Shown here in pieces: positions 29,940-41,317 of a stretch of 64,000 nt of DNA. Within the stretch, counting starts at the first letter, position 1. The number at the start of each line of letters is the position of its first letter. A program made the translations under genes and the position numbers. The notes under the pieces were generated by a model. It worked only from the letters and a program-made list of their open reading frames with translations, did not search any database and was not told where the DNA came from. The stretch spans positions 103,401 through 167,400 of IMG/VR virus record IMGVR_UViG_3300032123_000052. One strand, given 5' to 3'. Source of the stretch: a virus.

Positions 29940-30287
29940 TTATTTTTTTTTGTAATAATCAATAATATCTTTAAGGGATTTCATTCCCTTCTTTGCAACA
30001 AATCCCACAATCTCATCAAAATAATCCATCCCTTTAGGATCATGGTACAACTCGTAATACTTATCACCATCCATGAAGAAATGGTCAGTGCTTGACGACC
30101 TAATAACGAATAGGTGGTGTTTATCAATATATTTACAATAATCCACCCAGTCGATAATAGGGTCGCCTGTATCGAACTTTATTGTCTTTTTTCCAACTTT
30201 CAAGTCGAACGATTTGTATGATGATTGACTTTTATCATCATAATCTACTGATAGGAATCCCTGTTGGTTCATGGCATTCTTTCGCAT
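29940..30287 (-). CDS. hypothetical protein
   Basis: ORF in operon; probable start 30272. Confidence 0.55.
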   Translation of the reverse strand: MRKNAMNQQGFLSVDYDDKSQSSYKSFDLKVGKKTIKFDTGDPIIDWVDYCKYIDKHHLFVIRSSSTDHFFMDGDKYYELYHDPKGMDYFDEIVGFVAKKGMKSLKDIIDYYKKK

Positions 30288-30637
30288 TCCGGGATTTGGT
30301 GCACTACACCATCACAGTCAGGGTAAGGACACTTTTTGTGTATGTCTGTATAAAACCCGAGACAATCTCCGAAACATTTTCCACAGGTAAGAACAATAAG
30401 CTCATGAAATTTAAGAGGACGCATTGCATTAAAAGTTTTCTCAATACACTCTCTTTTCTTATCAATGTTACCACCATCACTAATTCGTGGGCCCCCTGTT
30501 CTACATGTGGCACATTGAAGAAAATATTCTATTTGAGCATTATTGTCTATATATTCGCGTTTTAACTCCATCTCCCCACTGCAATATATGCAATAATATT
30601 TAACTTCAGGCAAACTTTCTTCTGCTTTTTCTGTCAT
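30269..30637 (-). CDS. multi-CxxC Zn-binding protein
   Basis: CIYC, CATC, CGKC, CPYPDC. Confidence 0.6.
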   Translation of the reverse strand: MTEKAEESLPEVKYYCIYCSGEMELKREYIDNNAQIEYFLQCATCRTGGPRISDGGNIDKKRECIEKTFNAMRPLKFHELIVLTCGKCFGDCLGFYTDIHKKCPYPDCDGVVHQIPECERMP

Positions 30638-30647
30638 TTTATTCTCC

Positions 30648-31238
30648 CTATTTTATTCTGAATACAGGCTTTATCCATGGCTCCTGAACGAGCCGATAAA
30701 ATTCTTCTTCAGTCGGTGTTGGCACTACCACGTCGGTTCCTTCCCAACGAAGGTATCCACCTTTCGATTCCATCCCAACCTTCTTAGTCTCCTTGTCAAT
30801 CATACGTTTTGAATACTCAACCGGGCCAGTACGGAACATAACCATCAAGCCATAGTTGTCTCGAGTAACCATGTATAGGTTAATTGTGATATCATGTTCA
30901 GGATGAAGCCTCTGAGTGTATTTGCCTTTCAGCGGATCGCCCTTCATCCTCAACCATGAGTTGACTAACTTTACAAACCCGTCAACACGAACAGGACCAA
31001 AAGTAAAGAGATCTGTATCCATATTAATAGTTTTCGGGATGCAAACAATGTCAATACTCTTTACTTTACTTCGATCACGCCTGAGATCGCCAACAATACA
31101 CAAACCCTTCTCCTCGCAATGGTGATACAAGCTGATGCATATTTCCTGGGCAATCTTTTTTGCCTCTTCTCTCAAAATGTATCCCGGATCAAGCTTCTTC
31201 ATTTGAGCCACGCCTCCTTTTGTCTGCTGGCCATTCAA
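30648..31238 (-). CDS. DNA polymerase X-family (palm/thumb) protein with non-canonical catalytic residues
   Basis: VGDLRR...SIDIV, FRTGPVEY and TEEEFY..V..PWI.P..R are PolX hallmarks. Probable start 31202. Confidence 0.75.
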   Translation of the reverse strand: MNGQQTKGGVAQMKKLDPGYILREEAKKIAQEICISLYHHCEEKGLCIVGDLRRDRSKVKSIDIVCIPKTINMDTDLFTFGPVRVDGFVKLVNSWLRMKGDPLKGKYTQRLHPEHDITINLYMVTRDNYGLMVMFRTGPVEYSKRMIDKETKKVGMESKGGYLRWEGTDVVVPTPTEEEFYRLVQEPWIKPVFRIK

Positions 31239-31569
31239 AGTCTTCAGGGGTCATAGGTTCTTCTCTTTCAAAAAAGAATGATAGCGCATACCCATGAGTA
31301 TCGTATCCCATCGCAATCATTATATTCTCTACTTCACCCTGAATATCAGTGTAGAAAAAGAACTCCTCATCATCCCAGGTATGTGCCCTGATACCGCTGT
31401 GTGGGAGCACATAGGTTTTATCAGGGGTATCATCGACAACAGGCAGTTTTTTCTGCTCGAGGAATAGTCCTTCCTTCCCGGCTGTTTCGATAAGCCCCTT
31501 TCTATCTTCTTCGTTTATTGTTTGTTGATATGCCAATATCTCTATTATCTTCAGTAATGTTTGCTTCAT
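31189..31569 (-). CDS. hypothetical protein
   Basis: 126 aa, GGAGG RBS. Confidence 0.6.
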   Translation of the reverse strand: MKQTLLKIIEILAYQQTINEEDRKGLIETAGKEGLFLEQKKLPVVDDTPDKTYVLPHSGIRAHTWDDEEFFFYTDIQGEVENIMIAMGYDTHGYALSFFFEREEPMTPEDFEWPADKRRRGSNEEA

Positions 31570-31600
31570 TATTATCCTCCGTCCAAATTTTGTTTAGCAT

Positions 31601-32167
31601 TTATTTTATAAATTTTTCTATCATCGCCATAGTGACTTCAGGCAAATTCATTCCGGTGTAACGAATTACCTGCGGGTGCTTAAGGCGTTTATTGTAGTCA
31701 TGGGCAGGCATTATGACGAGCCCTCTTGGTCTCCATTTCAACCACCCTTCTATATAATCCTGATAGTCATCAACTAGTATATTGCCGTACACCTGGCTTT
31801 TATTACGGGTGATGGTGATGTCAACATCCTCACCGAGATGTGTGTCTACCCACATCTTTTTTCCCATCCATGACTTTGGATTCCTTTTCGGCCCCTGGGT
31901 TAATACCATTCTCTGGAATCCTATATTTCCAGCAACTGTCCAAATGTCCATACCGAGCTTAAATGTTTTAAGACCAGTCCACCAACTTGCTTTAGAGCGT
32001 ATTAAATCCATTCTCGCCCTCAAATATGTTGGGTGGTTTTTTCTTGACAACACGGTAATAACATCTTCATTTGGCGATCTCAGACCCTCTAAACTTTTGA
32101 GTAGCGCCTGATCATAATCACACAACGTTCCATCAAGATCAAATAGTGCAATATTATCTGATTTCAA
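31601..32167 (-). CDS. HAD-family 5'(3')-deoxyribonucleotidase-like protein
   Basis: LFDLDGTLCD motif I, K..W, ILVDD motif IV. Confidence 0.8.
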   Translation of the reverse strand: MKSDNIALFDLDGTLCDYDQALLKSLEGLRSPNEDVITVLSRKNHPTYLRARMDLIRSKASWWTGLKTFKLGMDIWTVAGNIGFQRMVLTQGPKRNPKSWMGKKMWVDTHLGEDVDITITRNKSQVYGNILVDDYQDYIEGWLKWRPRGLVIMPAHDYNKRLKHPQVIRYTGMNLPEVTMAMIEKFIK

Positions 32168-32265
32168 TATTCTTCTCCTTTATATAAAAATAGGGTGGCG
32201 GCCGCCTTGGTAGTATAAAGCCGGAGGATAAATGGCTTAATCGCTACCAGCCACCACCCTTCTGA

Positions 32266-32655
32266 TCAATTCGGCTCACCTTCGAACTCGAGTATCCATA
32301 CTCTCGAGTCACTCATGTTCTCCCTTTCCCGATCAACACGTTGCCACTCTTTGAAAATAGCGGGTTCGCCATCGTCTTCAAGAAGAAATGATGATTCTAA
32401 TCCCTCCTGCAGCATCAAACAGAAAAAAGGAATTTGGCCTTTATGTTTCAATAACCATTCGTAAATAACCAGCGCGTCAACACATATCGCCTCTTTCGTG
32501 GGTTGAGGCGATTTGGCTTTTTTAGCACGTTTTGGGATCGAAAATTTTATTACTTCTTCAATTACGTCCATTAATTTAGGCATTTGGTAATCCTCCGACA
32601 ACAACAGGTTGTATTGTAAAAGACCCATCTTTCGAACAGGTCTCGGTAAACTCAT
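32266..32655 (-). CDS. hypothetical protein
   Basis: ORF; probable start near 32583 (MPKLMD) after GGAGG. Confidence 0.5.
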   Translation of the reverse strand: MSLPRPVRKMGLLQYNLLLSEDYQMPKLMDVIEEVIKFSIPKRAKKAKSPQPTKEAICVDALVIYEWLLKHKGQIPFFCLMLQEGLESSFLLEDDGEPAIFKEWQRVDRERENMSDSRVWILEFEGEPN

Positions 32656-33001
32656 TCAATATTTTATTAAATTCATGTGCCGCAGTAAGGATAGATATAA
32701 CGTTCTGTGCAGGTTCACTCATAATCATATCAGCCTTAAAGATGTCGATAGCGCATTTTAACATCTCTTTCTTTGCATATTTCTGATCATAATCATGGTC
32801 AGCAACCCTAAGAATCCACGGATATGTATACACCATCTTGAGAATGTGCATAAGTGCTGGATCTGGTTTGCTTTTCTTCATTTCTTTTTTAATTGTGCCC
32901 TGGTCGAGATCGAGAGCGCGCTCAACACTCGATTCGTTATGTCCAAGCTCACGTTCTATTGCCGCCCACAGTGTTTTCAGCTTTTTATATCTCATAATCA
33001 T
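32576..33001 (-). CDS. putative HTH protein
   Basis: ELGHNESSVERALDLDQGTI resembles an XRE-like HTH. Confidence 0.5.
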   Translation of the reverse strand: MIMRYKKLKTLWAAIERELGHNESSVERALDLDQGTIKKEMKKSKPDPALMHILKMVYTYPWILRVADHDYDQKYAKKEMLKCAIDIFKADMIMSEPAQNVISILTAAHEFNKILNEFTETCSKDGSFTIQPVVVGGLPNA

Positions 33002-33019
33002 TCTCCTGCATAATGTTTA

Positions 33020-33301
33020 TTATACGTTCGACAAATCTATCTCAAGGACATCACTGTCTACCAGACCCCTGATGCGCTCAAGCATACTGGCGAAATATGC
33101 AAGTTGCTCCACATCATCTTCATTTTCCGGACATAAATAATTTTCGTCTGTGTATATATCCAGTTCCATAAATTCCTTTTTAGTAAGGATAAAATACTGA
33201 TCATCTTCAGGAAGTTCGCCTTCATCATCCAGAAAACTATACAGCGTTTCAAGCTCCTCAGGGCTGAATTCAGGGTTCCACCTATCAATTCTTATTGCCA
33301 T
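33020..33301 (-). CDS. acidic hypothetical protein
   Basis: 3' part of the 33020..33454 ORF; ATG at 33301 follows AAGGAG. Confidence 0.55.
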   Translation of the reverse strand: MAIRIDRWNPEFSPEELETLYSFLDDEGELPEDDQYFILTKKEFMELDIYTDENYLCPENEDDVEQLAYFASMLERIRGLVDSDVLEIDLSNV

Positions 33302-34089
33302 GTTTCTTACTCCTTTTTGTTTAAGGTAATCAAACTTTGAATGCAAATCTGGTTTCGTCCCATTCATGGATGTTGCAGAAAACATCCTCAACGGGTTTAG
33401 GCTTATTATCACACTTCGCTGAAATATACAAATCTGCACCCTCCATACAATCAACGATTATAAGAAAATTGGAATTGTTCTTCCTAACTGCATTGGTAAC
33501 AGTTTCCATATTGAATGTACCTTCTATACAATAGAACACGCTATCCCCCTTGGTCGATTATTTGACCTAAACTCACTCGTTATCTTCCCTGTCTTCATCT
33601 TCAATTTCGTACCCACATTCCGGACACTGAGTTTCGTTTATCGATATGTCCATATTACATCCCGGACATTCGATGGTATCTTCAGCAGGCATGGTTTGCG
33701 CCCCTTTCTCTTACGAGTAGATATATCGCTCGATATGGGCACTCCCGAACAGGCTCCAGCCTCAGGTTGCCACCACACATAATGTATTGGCCATCGCAGA
33801 AATCTAATGGAAATATCGCAGAATTGGTGCAGGTGGCTGGGTCTGCCAGCTCACATATCTGAACAACATCGTTCTTTTTCTTTGGTTTAGTATGTTTTTT
33901 CGGCATTAAATTATGCCCCTTATCTTCAGCAGGCATACCTTGCCTCCTTTTCTATTTTGAGACGATATATAGACCGATATTGACACAGCTTAACATTATC
34001 ATTATCCTCGGGCCCAATACGTATGTAGTGCCATGGACAACTCGCATATCGGAACTATATACCCTTTCGGTTTTGGGTTGATTTTCTTA

Positions 34090-34380
34090 TTAGGCATTAA
34101 ATTGCACTCCTTCCAATTTGATTAGTTTCGAATCTCTGAGAAGATGACGCATGCCTCCCCCATCTTTTGACTCTGCAGTATCATCCCAATTAGCGATAAC
34201 ACCATATACAGAGAATCCTTCGTTTTTGTCGCAATGAGCTTTCGCTTCTTCAAATGTCTGCCACACACCCCCGCCGGGATAATCATTTGTTCTCCCCTGC
34301 TTGATTACCCGGTCCTGTGATAAGAAATACCTTTCGTAATCGAGCGTGAAGCCAATTGTATAAATAATATCATTAGGCAT
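34090..34380 (-). CDS. hypothetical protein
   Basis: 96 aa, coupled to the upstream gene. Confidence 0.6.
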   Translation of the reverse strand: MPNDIIYTIGFTLDYERYFLSQDRVIKQGRTNDYPGGGVWQTFEEAKAHCDKNEGFSVYGVIANWDDTAESKDGGGMRHLLRDSKLIKLEGVQFNA

Positions 34381-34914
34381 TAATCATCGTTCTCCTCATC
34401 AACTCTTTTCTGTTCTTCGAAATAATGATCAACGATTTTTTTGTTATTGTCAGGGTGACTCTCCCATGCTTGACGAGCTTTAAATTTATCGCCACCTATA
34501 TCAGTATACTTATCCACATAATCAATACCATCAGTATCACCATCGAGAGCCAAAATGTCCATATGGCCATCTGCTGTGATATCTTGGATACGGCCGCCTT
34601 TTACATAGATAAATATTCTCCCAGGGCGCTTACGGGCTTTTTCGAGCTCATTCTCGATATACTCGATGTATTCACTATCTTCAGCACAGTAGCTGCATAT
34701 TTTATTATTATCATTAAAATACCCGATGAACTCATCACCAAATTTACGTTGTGACATGCTTATCTCCTTTTTTTTGCTTTGTTCCTTTTTAATTGGATAA
34801 TAATGACATGATTTCTTCGAATGTTTTACGAAATCCAACCGAGCTGAATTTATATTGCATGGCATTTTCTCCATTTTTCTCTATTTTTCTCAATTTTACA
34901 GTTTAACATGCTCA

Positions 34915-35271
34915 TCACCAATTGCCCTTTTCTATTGGTAGTGTGAATTTAATCTGGGCACTTTCCGCCTTACGATAGTTTAATGGTATCGGGGCTTTTG
35001 ATAGGGCTATTATCGCAAGCTCTACTGACATCATATTGTCTCCATATGTATCCCAGAAGAATCCTTGTTTAGGCCCGCATGAATACCTTAAAAATGTACC
35101 CTTATGCTTATTTGGATATTTAACTACAACGGTTGGTTTTGTGTCAGCATTAGGATATGGCGGCATGTAATCAGGAATTATTTCACACTCTTTATGCCAC
35201 CTCTGATCCAGAAGTAATTCGATCAGCTTTTTTATGCTGAATTCAGGAATATTAATTGGTTCAATATTCAT
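34915..35271 (-). CDS. hypothetical protein
   Basis: 118 aa, GGAGG RBS. Confidence 0.6.
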   Translation of the reverse strand: MNIEPINIPEFSIKKLIELLLDQRWHKECEIIPDYMPPYPNADTKPTVVVKYPNKHKGTFLRYSCGPKQGFFWDTYGDNMMSVELAIIALSKAPIPLNYRKAESAQIKFTLPIEKGNW

Positions 35272-35304
35272 TGATTTTACCCTCCATTTTGTTAATATTA
35301 TACT

Positions 35305-35748
35305 TTATGCGCGTGGAACGCTCACAGTGCCAAGTATATTTACATCATTGTAAGGCCACGGCTCTTTACAATTTGTTTGAGTAAACCAGTCATGAAGAGG
35401 TTTGTTTGAGAAGGCCTCCTGTTCAGCATTAACAAACGCCTGCCATTCAGGGTCAGTTTTCTCATTCATAGCGTTTGTAATTCTGTCATAATGGTCTTTA
35501 TCAATAAGATTTGCATGCACCTCGTCTGACTCACCCCACATTAACAGATACCCTTCTTTAAAATTTATCACACTGCCCACTTGGTTTTTTTTATTTAGGG
35601 CCTTATTTGCTGATTCTTTTAAACACTCAAGAGTATTTTCGGCTTCTTCAACTTCTGCATCCATTCCCTCTTTTTTAAGATTGGTGATCAATTTTTCTGC
35701 TTCTTCAATCTTCTTTGCGATGTAGCTTAGATCTGTTACTTTTGACAT
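35305..35748 (-). CDS. hypothetical protein
   Basis: 147 aa, coiled-coil-like N-terminus. Confidence 0.6.
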   Translation of the reverse strand: MSKVTDLSYIAKKIEEAEKLITNLKKEGMDAEVEEAENTLECLKESANKALNKKNQVGSVINFKEGYLLMWGESDEVHANLIDKDHYDRITNAMNEKTDPEWQAFVNAEQEAFSNKPLHDWFTQTNCKEPWPYNDVNILGTVSVPRA

Positions 35749-35920
35749 AGGTATCCCTTCTTAATTAAACGTTAATACCGTGGCTGCGATTATAAATCTC
35801 ACTTTTCGTTTTCCATAATAGTTTATAAATATTCCAAATTTATTCTGCTAACATGGACAAATCTGCTGTTTAAACAGACAATATTGCAATAGTTTACCCT
35901 ACATAATAGTTATGCCAGCT

Positions 35921-36301
35921 TTATCCATAAGATAACCAGCTCTTAAGTTCAGGCTCAACATTCATACCACCAAGATTTTCCATTAATTCAGAGCGCGTAC
36001 TGATAAACAAATCGTCCTTATCAAATAAAAAGTACGAACCTTCATCTAAACTATCTTGACTGTAGCATTCGCCATAATAGAATAATTCTACATTTATCTC
36101 TTTATGGCGAATTGTTAGTTTTAAATCCTCACACCCCATTGCTAATTCATCAAGTATATCTAAAACAGTTTTATCTTTATCATTCCATCCTTTTTTACCA
36201 AATCGATCAACAAGCATCTCTTTTGTAATATTGAATGCATTTATAGAATCTTCATTAATTTGGATAACATATCCAAAGTTAGTAATAAAATCACTGCTCA
36301 T
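35921..36301 (-). CDS. hypothetical protein
   Basis: 126 aa, AAGGAGG RBS. Confidence 0.6.
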   Translation of the reverse strand: MSSDFITNFGYVIQINEDSINAFNITKEMLVDRFGKKGWNDKDKTVLDILDELAMGCEDLKLTIRHKEINVELFYYGECYSQDSLDEGSYFLFDKDDLFISTRSELMENLGGMNVEPELKSWLSYG

Positions 36302-36747
36302 AAAACCTCCTTATAATTTGTTGCCTGTTCCAGGCATATTGAATATTCTTAGAATCAAAGAACTCTCGGTATTCGTTAAAAAGATGCGTCGAGATGATAC
36401 ACTTTAGCACAACATCGCCATGAGCCCAATGTAAATTAAAAAACTTAATTCTTCCCAAAAAGAAGAATGGAACCTTACGCTCTACTGTTGATAACATTGC
36501 CATTATGCAGAACTCATCTTCCATTATCATAATCGCCTCTACCTGCCTCTTAGGCTCATTTGGGAGATATCTATGTATGTGACCTTCCAGAAGCCCTTTT
36601 GTTATATTCAACACCATTACATCATCATTGTTTTTTAAATATATACTCACATCATAATAGTCCATCCAAATCCTCCCTATTCCCTCACAAGAAAATACCA
36701 AGGGCAGGCAGTTTGTGCCAGCCCCTGGTTTTGAGACATAGTGACAC

Positions 36748-37518
36748 CTATTCTACATTCAGCATATGTTCGGAAATTGTATCACCAACAGTTATTGCAT
36801 TGAAACCTTTCAGCTCATGCGAAGCGATAAATGTTAATGCAGAATACAGGCCGAACAGCGTTGCCTGTTCGGTAGCAAGACGAGCGATTACATTGCCCCA
36901 TTTGCTGTGTGGAATCTTTGTATTTTGATAAGCATTGACGATATGGCCGGAATTAAGCTCAATATTGGAAAGCTCCTGAATTCGTGGAGCAACCCTTATG
37001 AGATTGTCAGCGCCGGTCGAGATATTCTCAATAGCATCATCAATCTGCCATGAATCAGCATCATTGTGATAAATAGCAAAATAACCAAACCGTTTGCGTG
37101 AAACAAACTGGTTGGTGCATGCGTAATCACAGGCAAACATTTCCATACCGAATTTTCCACTGCCGTCGTATGCATTGCGCATCATCATTCCAAGATGCAA
37201 CTGGTGGATATCACTATCCTGACCACCAACCACAACCTGGGTAATGGGTGCTTCTGTAATGAAATAATGCGCATACCTCTTACCGTCCCATAGAACTTTC
37301 AGTTCTTTCCATTCATATGGTGAGCGACTCATTATGTTGTCTCCAACATCTTTGGCAATTGAGTTTTTGATAAGCTGCCATCCCGCATGCTGAATACCAG
37401 CTAATCGCCAATCTCCATCGTCATCTTTGACTCGTACGCCTACTTTTGCGACTTCATCTCCGCCAACCTCGACGGGCTCCTGTACCACTTCCGCGAACGG
37501 ATCGCTGAACTTTGCCAT
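36748..37518 (-). CDS. DUF932/DUF945-like phage protein
   Basis: RNAYDGSG and C.YACTN motifs, downstream H; own promoter motif. Confidence 0.55.
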   Translation of the reverse strand: MAKFSDPFAEVVQEPVEVGGDEVAKVGVRVKDDDGDWRLAGIQHAGWQLIKNSIAKDVGDNIMSRSPYEWKELKVLWDGKRYAHYFITEAPITQVVVGGQDSDIHQLHLGMMMRNAYDGSGKFGMEMFACDYACTNQFVSRKRFGYFAIYHNDADSWQIDDAIENISTGADNLIRVAPRIQELSNIELNSGHIVNAYQNTKIPHSKWGNVIARLATEQATLFGLYSALTFIASHELKGFNAITVGDTISEHMLNVE

Positions 37519-37625
37519 GCATAGCCTTTCTGTTAAAAATATTAATAACTAGTGTACACATTATAGTAATTCCAGAATAGTTGATTTGATAACAGCTAAA
37601 AAAAACACAGACCACTCTGCGCTTT

Positions 37626-38159
37626 CTAACCATCTGGAATGCCTAACCAGAGCATCGTAACATCAGACAGGTTGGGTAATTTTAATATATCTTCGATCCT
37701 CATAAACAGCTGCTTGTTGTGTTTGTGGGGTTCTTTATTCTCAAGAGTTCCAATGTATTCCAATGCCTCAAAGACATGACTGTGCGTATTGACTATTACA
37801 TTGTTCTTTTTATATACAAACATTCTGTCTTTTAGAAATACAGTTTTGGTTATAATCAAACCTGTCTCTTCAAACATTTCCTTACTTATTGTTTCCTTGA
37901 GAGAACTTTCCGGCACCACTTTACCAGCAGGAATAGTCCACTTGCCGATCTTGACATGCTTCTGCATTAAAACTTCATTGTTTTTATTTTTAATAACGAC
38001 AGCAACGCCCGAATGGTCCTTCAGGTCTTCTTTGGTATACAGCGCGCTGTACGATTCTCTATGTATCATAATGACTCCAGTATTGTTACACCTCTGTTGT
38101 TTTTGGGTAAAAAAAAGCGCAATACCACTTGCGCTTCTTTCCAGAATAGTTGAAAACAT
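37626..38159 (-). CDS. NUDIX hydrolase
   Basis: WTIPAGKV...ET..KEMFEETGL Nudix box; real start probably near 38070. Confidence 0.8.
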   Translation of the reverse strand: MFSTILERSASGIALFFTQKQQRCNNTGVIMIHRESYSALYTKEDLKDHSGVAVVIKNKNNEVLMQKHVKIGKWTIPAGKVVPESSLKETISKEMFEETGLIITKTVFLKDRMFVYKKNNVIVNTHSHVFEALEYIGTLENKEPHKHNKQLFMRIEDILKLPNLSDVTMLWLGIPDG

Positions 38160-38773
38160 TAAACCGTCGAATAATTATACACTATAGTCTTACTGTGTAC
38201 ATTTGGGTTCAACCCAGATTCTATAACAGGTTTATTTGGCTCACCAAGCAGCCTTTTCGCAACTTTTTCATAATACCTCTTATCATAATTGTTGCTTTTA
38301 CTACGAATATCCAGCCAATCTGAAACGACAGATATCGCATTGTCCTCGTCGACAGTTTTAAAGGTGTGGCTGGTAAAGGATTCGCTAAACTCTTCCCGGT
38401 TCATAAACTCAATCTCTGCACCATTAAGCACATTTTCTATCTTTTTCAGATCATCAACTGACATCGCTGACCATGGGCCGCTCATATTCGCCCCGGTACT
38501 TGTAAGCACATCGCCTCTCTCAGGATACCGCTGAAAGATACAGAATATTTCAGGATATTCTTTAGGGGCTTTCATAAAAGAAGCGTTCTGAACTACCCAC
38601 AACAAACCTGTGACAAAGAACATGCGACCATTCTGATCAATTCCCCAACACGCCTTCTTTGGCATTGTTGACCACCTGTCAAGATATCCAGTGCTTCCTG
38701 TTTGTGGGGCGTCAACCTTTGGAATATCGAGTGTATCAATTAACTTTTTTAATTCTTTAATTGTAGCACGCAT
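38159..38773 (-). CDS. hypothetical protein
   Basis: 204 aa, AGGAGG RBS. Confidence 0.65.
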   Translation of the reverse strand: MRATIKELKKLIDTLDIPKVDAPQTGSTGYLDRWSTMPKKACWGIDQNGRMFFVTGLLWVVQNASFMKAPKEYPEIFCIFQRYPERGDVLTSTGANMSGPWSAMSVDDLKKIENVLNGAEIEFMNREEFSESFTSHTFKTVDEDNAISVVSDWLDIRSKSNNYDKRYYEKVAKRLLGEPNKPVIESGLNPNVHSKTIVYNYSTV

Positions 38774-39282
38774 ACCATCCTCCTATTAAATTAATTATTT
38801 GGTTTTTTAGTTATTTGGGCTTCAGCCATATCTCTCATTTCTTTAATAATTTCATACGTTTTAATATTAGTAATAGCTTTGTCACATTTGAGCATGAGGA
38901 CACAGGTGTGACATGCGTTAAATCCATTGAGTATAAAGTTTAATGAACACACACTACTATTTGCTCCATGTTTAAACGTCATTTTCGAATCAGGCATACA
39001 ATCTCCAGGTTAATGTTTTTAGTATTTCTTAATAACCTCCACATCATAATGATCAAGATATTTATCTATTAATTTGTTAACAACAAAGTTTAGGCTGAGC
39101 GGCCTTTTCAGAATTAATTTTTTAATATTTCCAGCAGAAGCTTCTGCAAGCATACCAATATTGTCAAGCTTGAATTCTTTAATAAGTTGGTTCTGTATCA
39201 TCTCACTAATCATGTTCAGGTTTTTAGAATCAATCTTTTGTTTTTCTTTGTTAAGCATATACTTCCTCCTAAAATTTTATAG

Positions 39283-39355
39283 TACTTCCGGTAGGATTCG
39301 AACCTACGACCCCCTGCTTAAATGGCAGGTGCTCTACCAACTAAGCTACGGAAGT
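39283..39355 (-). tRNA. tRNA-Lys(UUU) with atypical A33, no encoded CCA
   Basis: Full cloverleaf: acceptor ACTTCCG/CGGAAGT, D-arm GCTTAGTTGGTAGAGC, anticodon arm CCTGC-CATTTAA-GCAGG, T-arm GTAGG-TTCGAAT-CCTAC. Confidence 0.8.
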
Positions 39356-39482
39356 ATATAAAAGTTTAATAAACATAACCATTCTATTGTTACACAAAGG
39401 GTTGGTGGCGCCTTTCAGCAACCACCGCACCTTTCCTGTATTTTATGTATCTGTGACAATATCAATAAGACCACCATCGGCG

Positions 39483-40103
39483 TTATCGAGCATTGTTCTT
39501 CGATTTTGTGGCTTTCTTCTTGGTTGTCTTTTTCTTTGCTGTCTTTTTCACCTTGGTATTTTTCTCATCAGGATCATCGCCACCAGGCAATATCCCAGCC
39601 TGTACGAGTTCACCCTTTTTCTGCTCGAGAACCTCATCGGGAATATCCAGATTCTCTATGAATGTGGCGAGGAAGCTTTTTCCCATCTTGGCCATTATTT
39701 CAGAACGGTCCTCAACAGCATCTTCGACATAATCACTTATCGACTCGCCACAATTCGTCGATAATTCAGCCATTACATGACCGACGTTTGGTTGTTTTTC
39801 ATAAGCGTCAGTAAGCTCTTGAACTGCTTCAAAGAGTTCTATACACTTATTATAAGTGTGCTCAGCAGGGCCGGCAAGATCAGCGACTATCGTCGCAACC
39901 TCGTCAGCATTCTCGTGAAGTGTTGCTTCCATAGCATCAACACCAGCCCCCATGGCTTTGAAAATATCTGAATACATCATCCCAAATTGATTTATTATCC
40001 CAGTAAGTTCTCTGAGATTGATTTTCTGGATACGGCTTTTAACAACCTTTTTGACGATAAGTTTTTTTACTGATCCAAATAGGTTAATCATAAAATCCTC
40101 CAA
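39483..40103 (-). CDS. helical hypothetical protein with Lys-rich tail
   Basis: ORF with KKTAKKKTTKKK tail; probable start 40091. Confidence 0.6.
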   Translation of the reverse strand: MEDFMINLFGSVKKLIVKKVVKSRIQKINLRELTGIINQFGMMYSDIFKAMGAGVDAMEATLHENADEVATIVADLAGPAEHTYNKCIELFEAVQELTDAYEKQPNVGHVMAELSTNCGESISDYVEDAVEDRSEIMAKMGKSFLATFIENLDIPDEVLEQKKGELVQAGILPGGDDPDEKNTKVKKTAKKKTTKKKATKSKNNAR

Positions 40104-40356
40104 AGATATGCGCCAAAGCGTAGCGCGTTTATAAATGAAATTCCATCAGCAATTAAACCGCCACGATTTTTCATTATCTCAATGATTTTATTATCACCGA
40201 AATTGTCATCATGATAATGGCGGCGCAAACCGTAATGATACCCCTGAAAATATTTGGTATCACTATGTTGCATGATCCATTTTATACCTCATGTTAAATG
40301 TTGCATTTTACATTTCGCAAATGTCAAGCATTTTCTTTTCTGTCGGCCAGTCGTTT

Positions 40357-40737
40357 TCATAAAGGCCATTCCTGAAATAATGCTATGGAATTTGCGTAAT
40401 ATTGTGTGCCGTCATGAGTGGCACACTTTTTCAATAATGCCCATCCCCACAGACGATTTGCCTGAAAGGAATAATATGTTTTTGTTATTTGAGGGTTTGT
40501 CCCTGTCTTTTCCACGTCCTCAAAAATGAACAACATCTCCATCTGGGTTTTTATCGCTTCGTGAACAGATGGGGAAATTCTAATAAGTTTTCCCTCATTT
40601 GCTCTCTCTTTTAATGTTAATTCGATGTATTTTTCAAAATCGTCATCGTTAAGTGATTTTCTTGATTTTTTCCAGTCGCTTATCGTTGCCGCGTCGGTTC
40701 TGAGTTTCGCAAGTACTTCCAATCTTGTGTGTTTCAT
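40357..40737 (-). CDS. hypothetical protein
   Basis: 126 aa, AGGAG RBS. Confidence 0.6.
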   Translation of the reverse strand: MKHTRLEVLAKLRTDAATISDWKKSRKSLNDDDFEKYIELTLKERANEGKLIRISPSVHEAIKTQMEMLFIFEDVEKTGTNPQITKTYYSFQANRLWGWALLKKCATHDGTQYYANSIALFQEWPL

Positions 40738-41317
40738 TTACAATCTCCTGTTAATTGTTTTTTACATTTCGCAATTGCGAACACAATTATTCTTTCCGAC
40801 TCTTATTATCTGAGAACTATTTTCATATAACAGTTGAATGATATAGCTGCCCAATATTTCATCCAATGTTAATTTTTTAATGTTAACTGACTCAACCATT
40901 TCCAAAAAATCACCGTTTTTATAAACTGAAAACGTGCCTTCGTCATTTATTTTAATTTCTATCATTCTCCACCTCCTGTTAATTGTTTTCGTTTTCGCCT
41001 CTCGCCGGCCTCTCAACCTGGGGCGCTATCCTGTTTGCCGGGGATTCGCCTCGGCACGTGGTTAATTATTTAATTCGTTTTCTCCATTTTCTCTGCACGT
41101 CTCTATCCATCCAGTTGAAGAGACAATAGTCAGCAGGAATCGGATCCCCTGCATATATTTTCCGAGGTTCATTGTTTTGAATTTTTTAATATCCGTTAAT
41201 GATAATTATTTCTCTTACAATATACTTATACCAGATTCCGAGACTTTCTAACACCCTGATGGCTAAAAAAAAGCTCAACTCATAGTCAAGCGACGCAACC
41301 TCTTAGCGCGTCATCAA

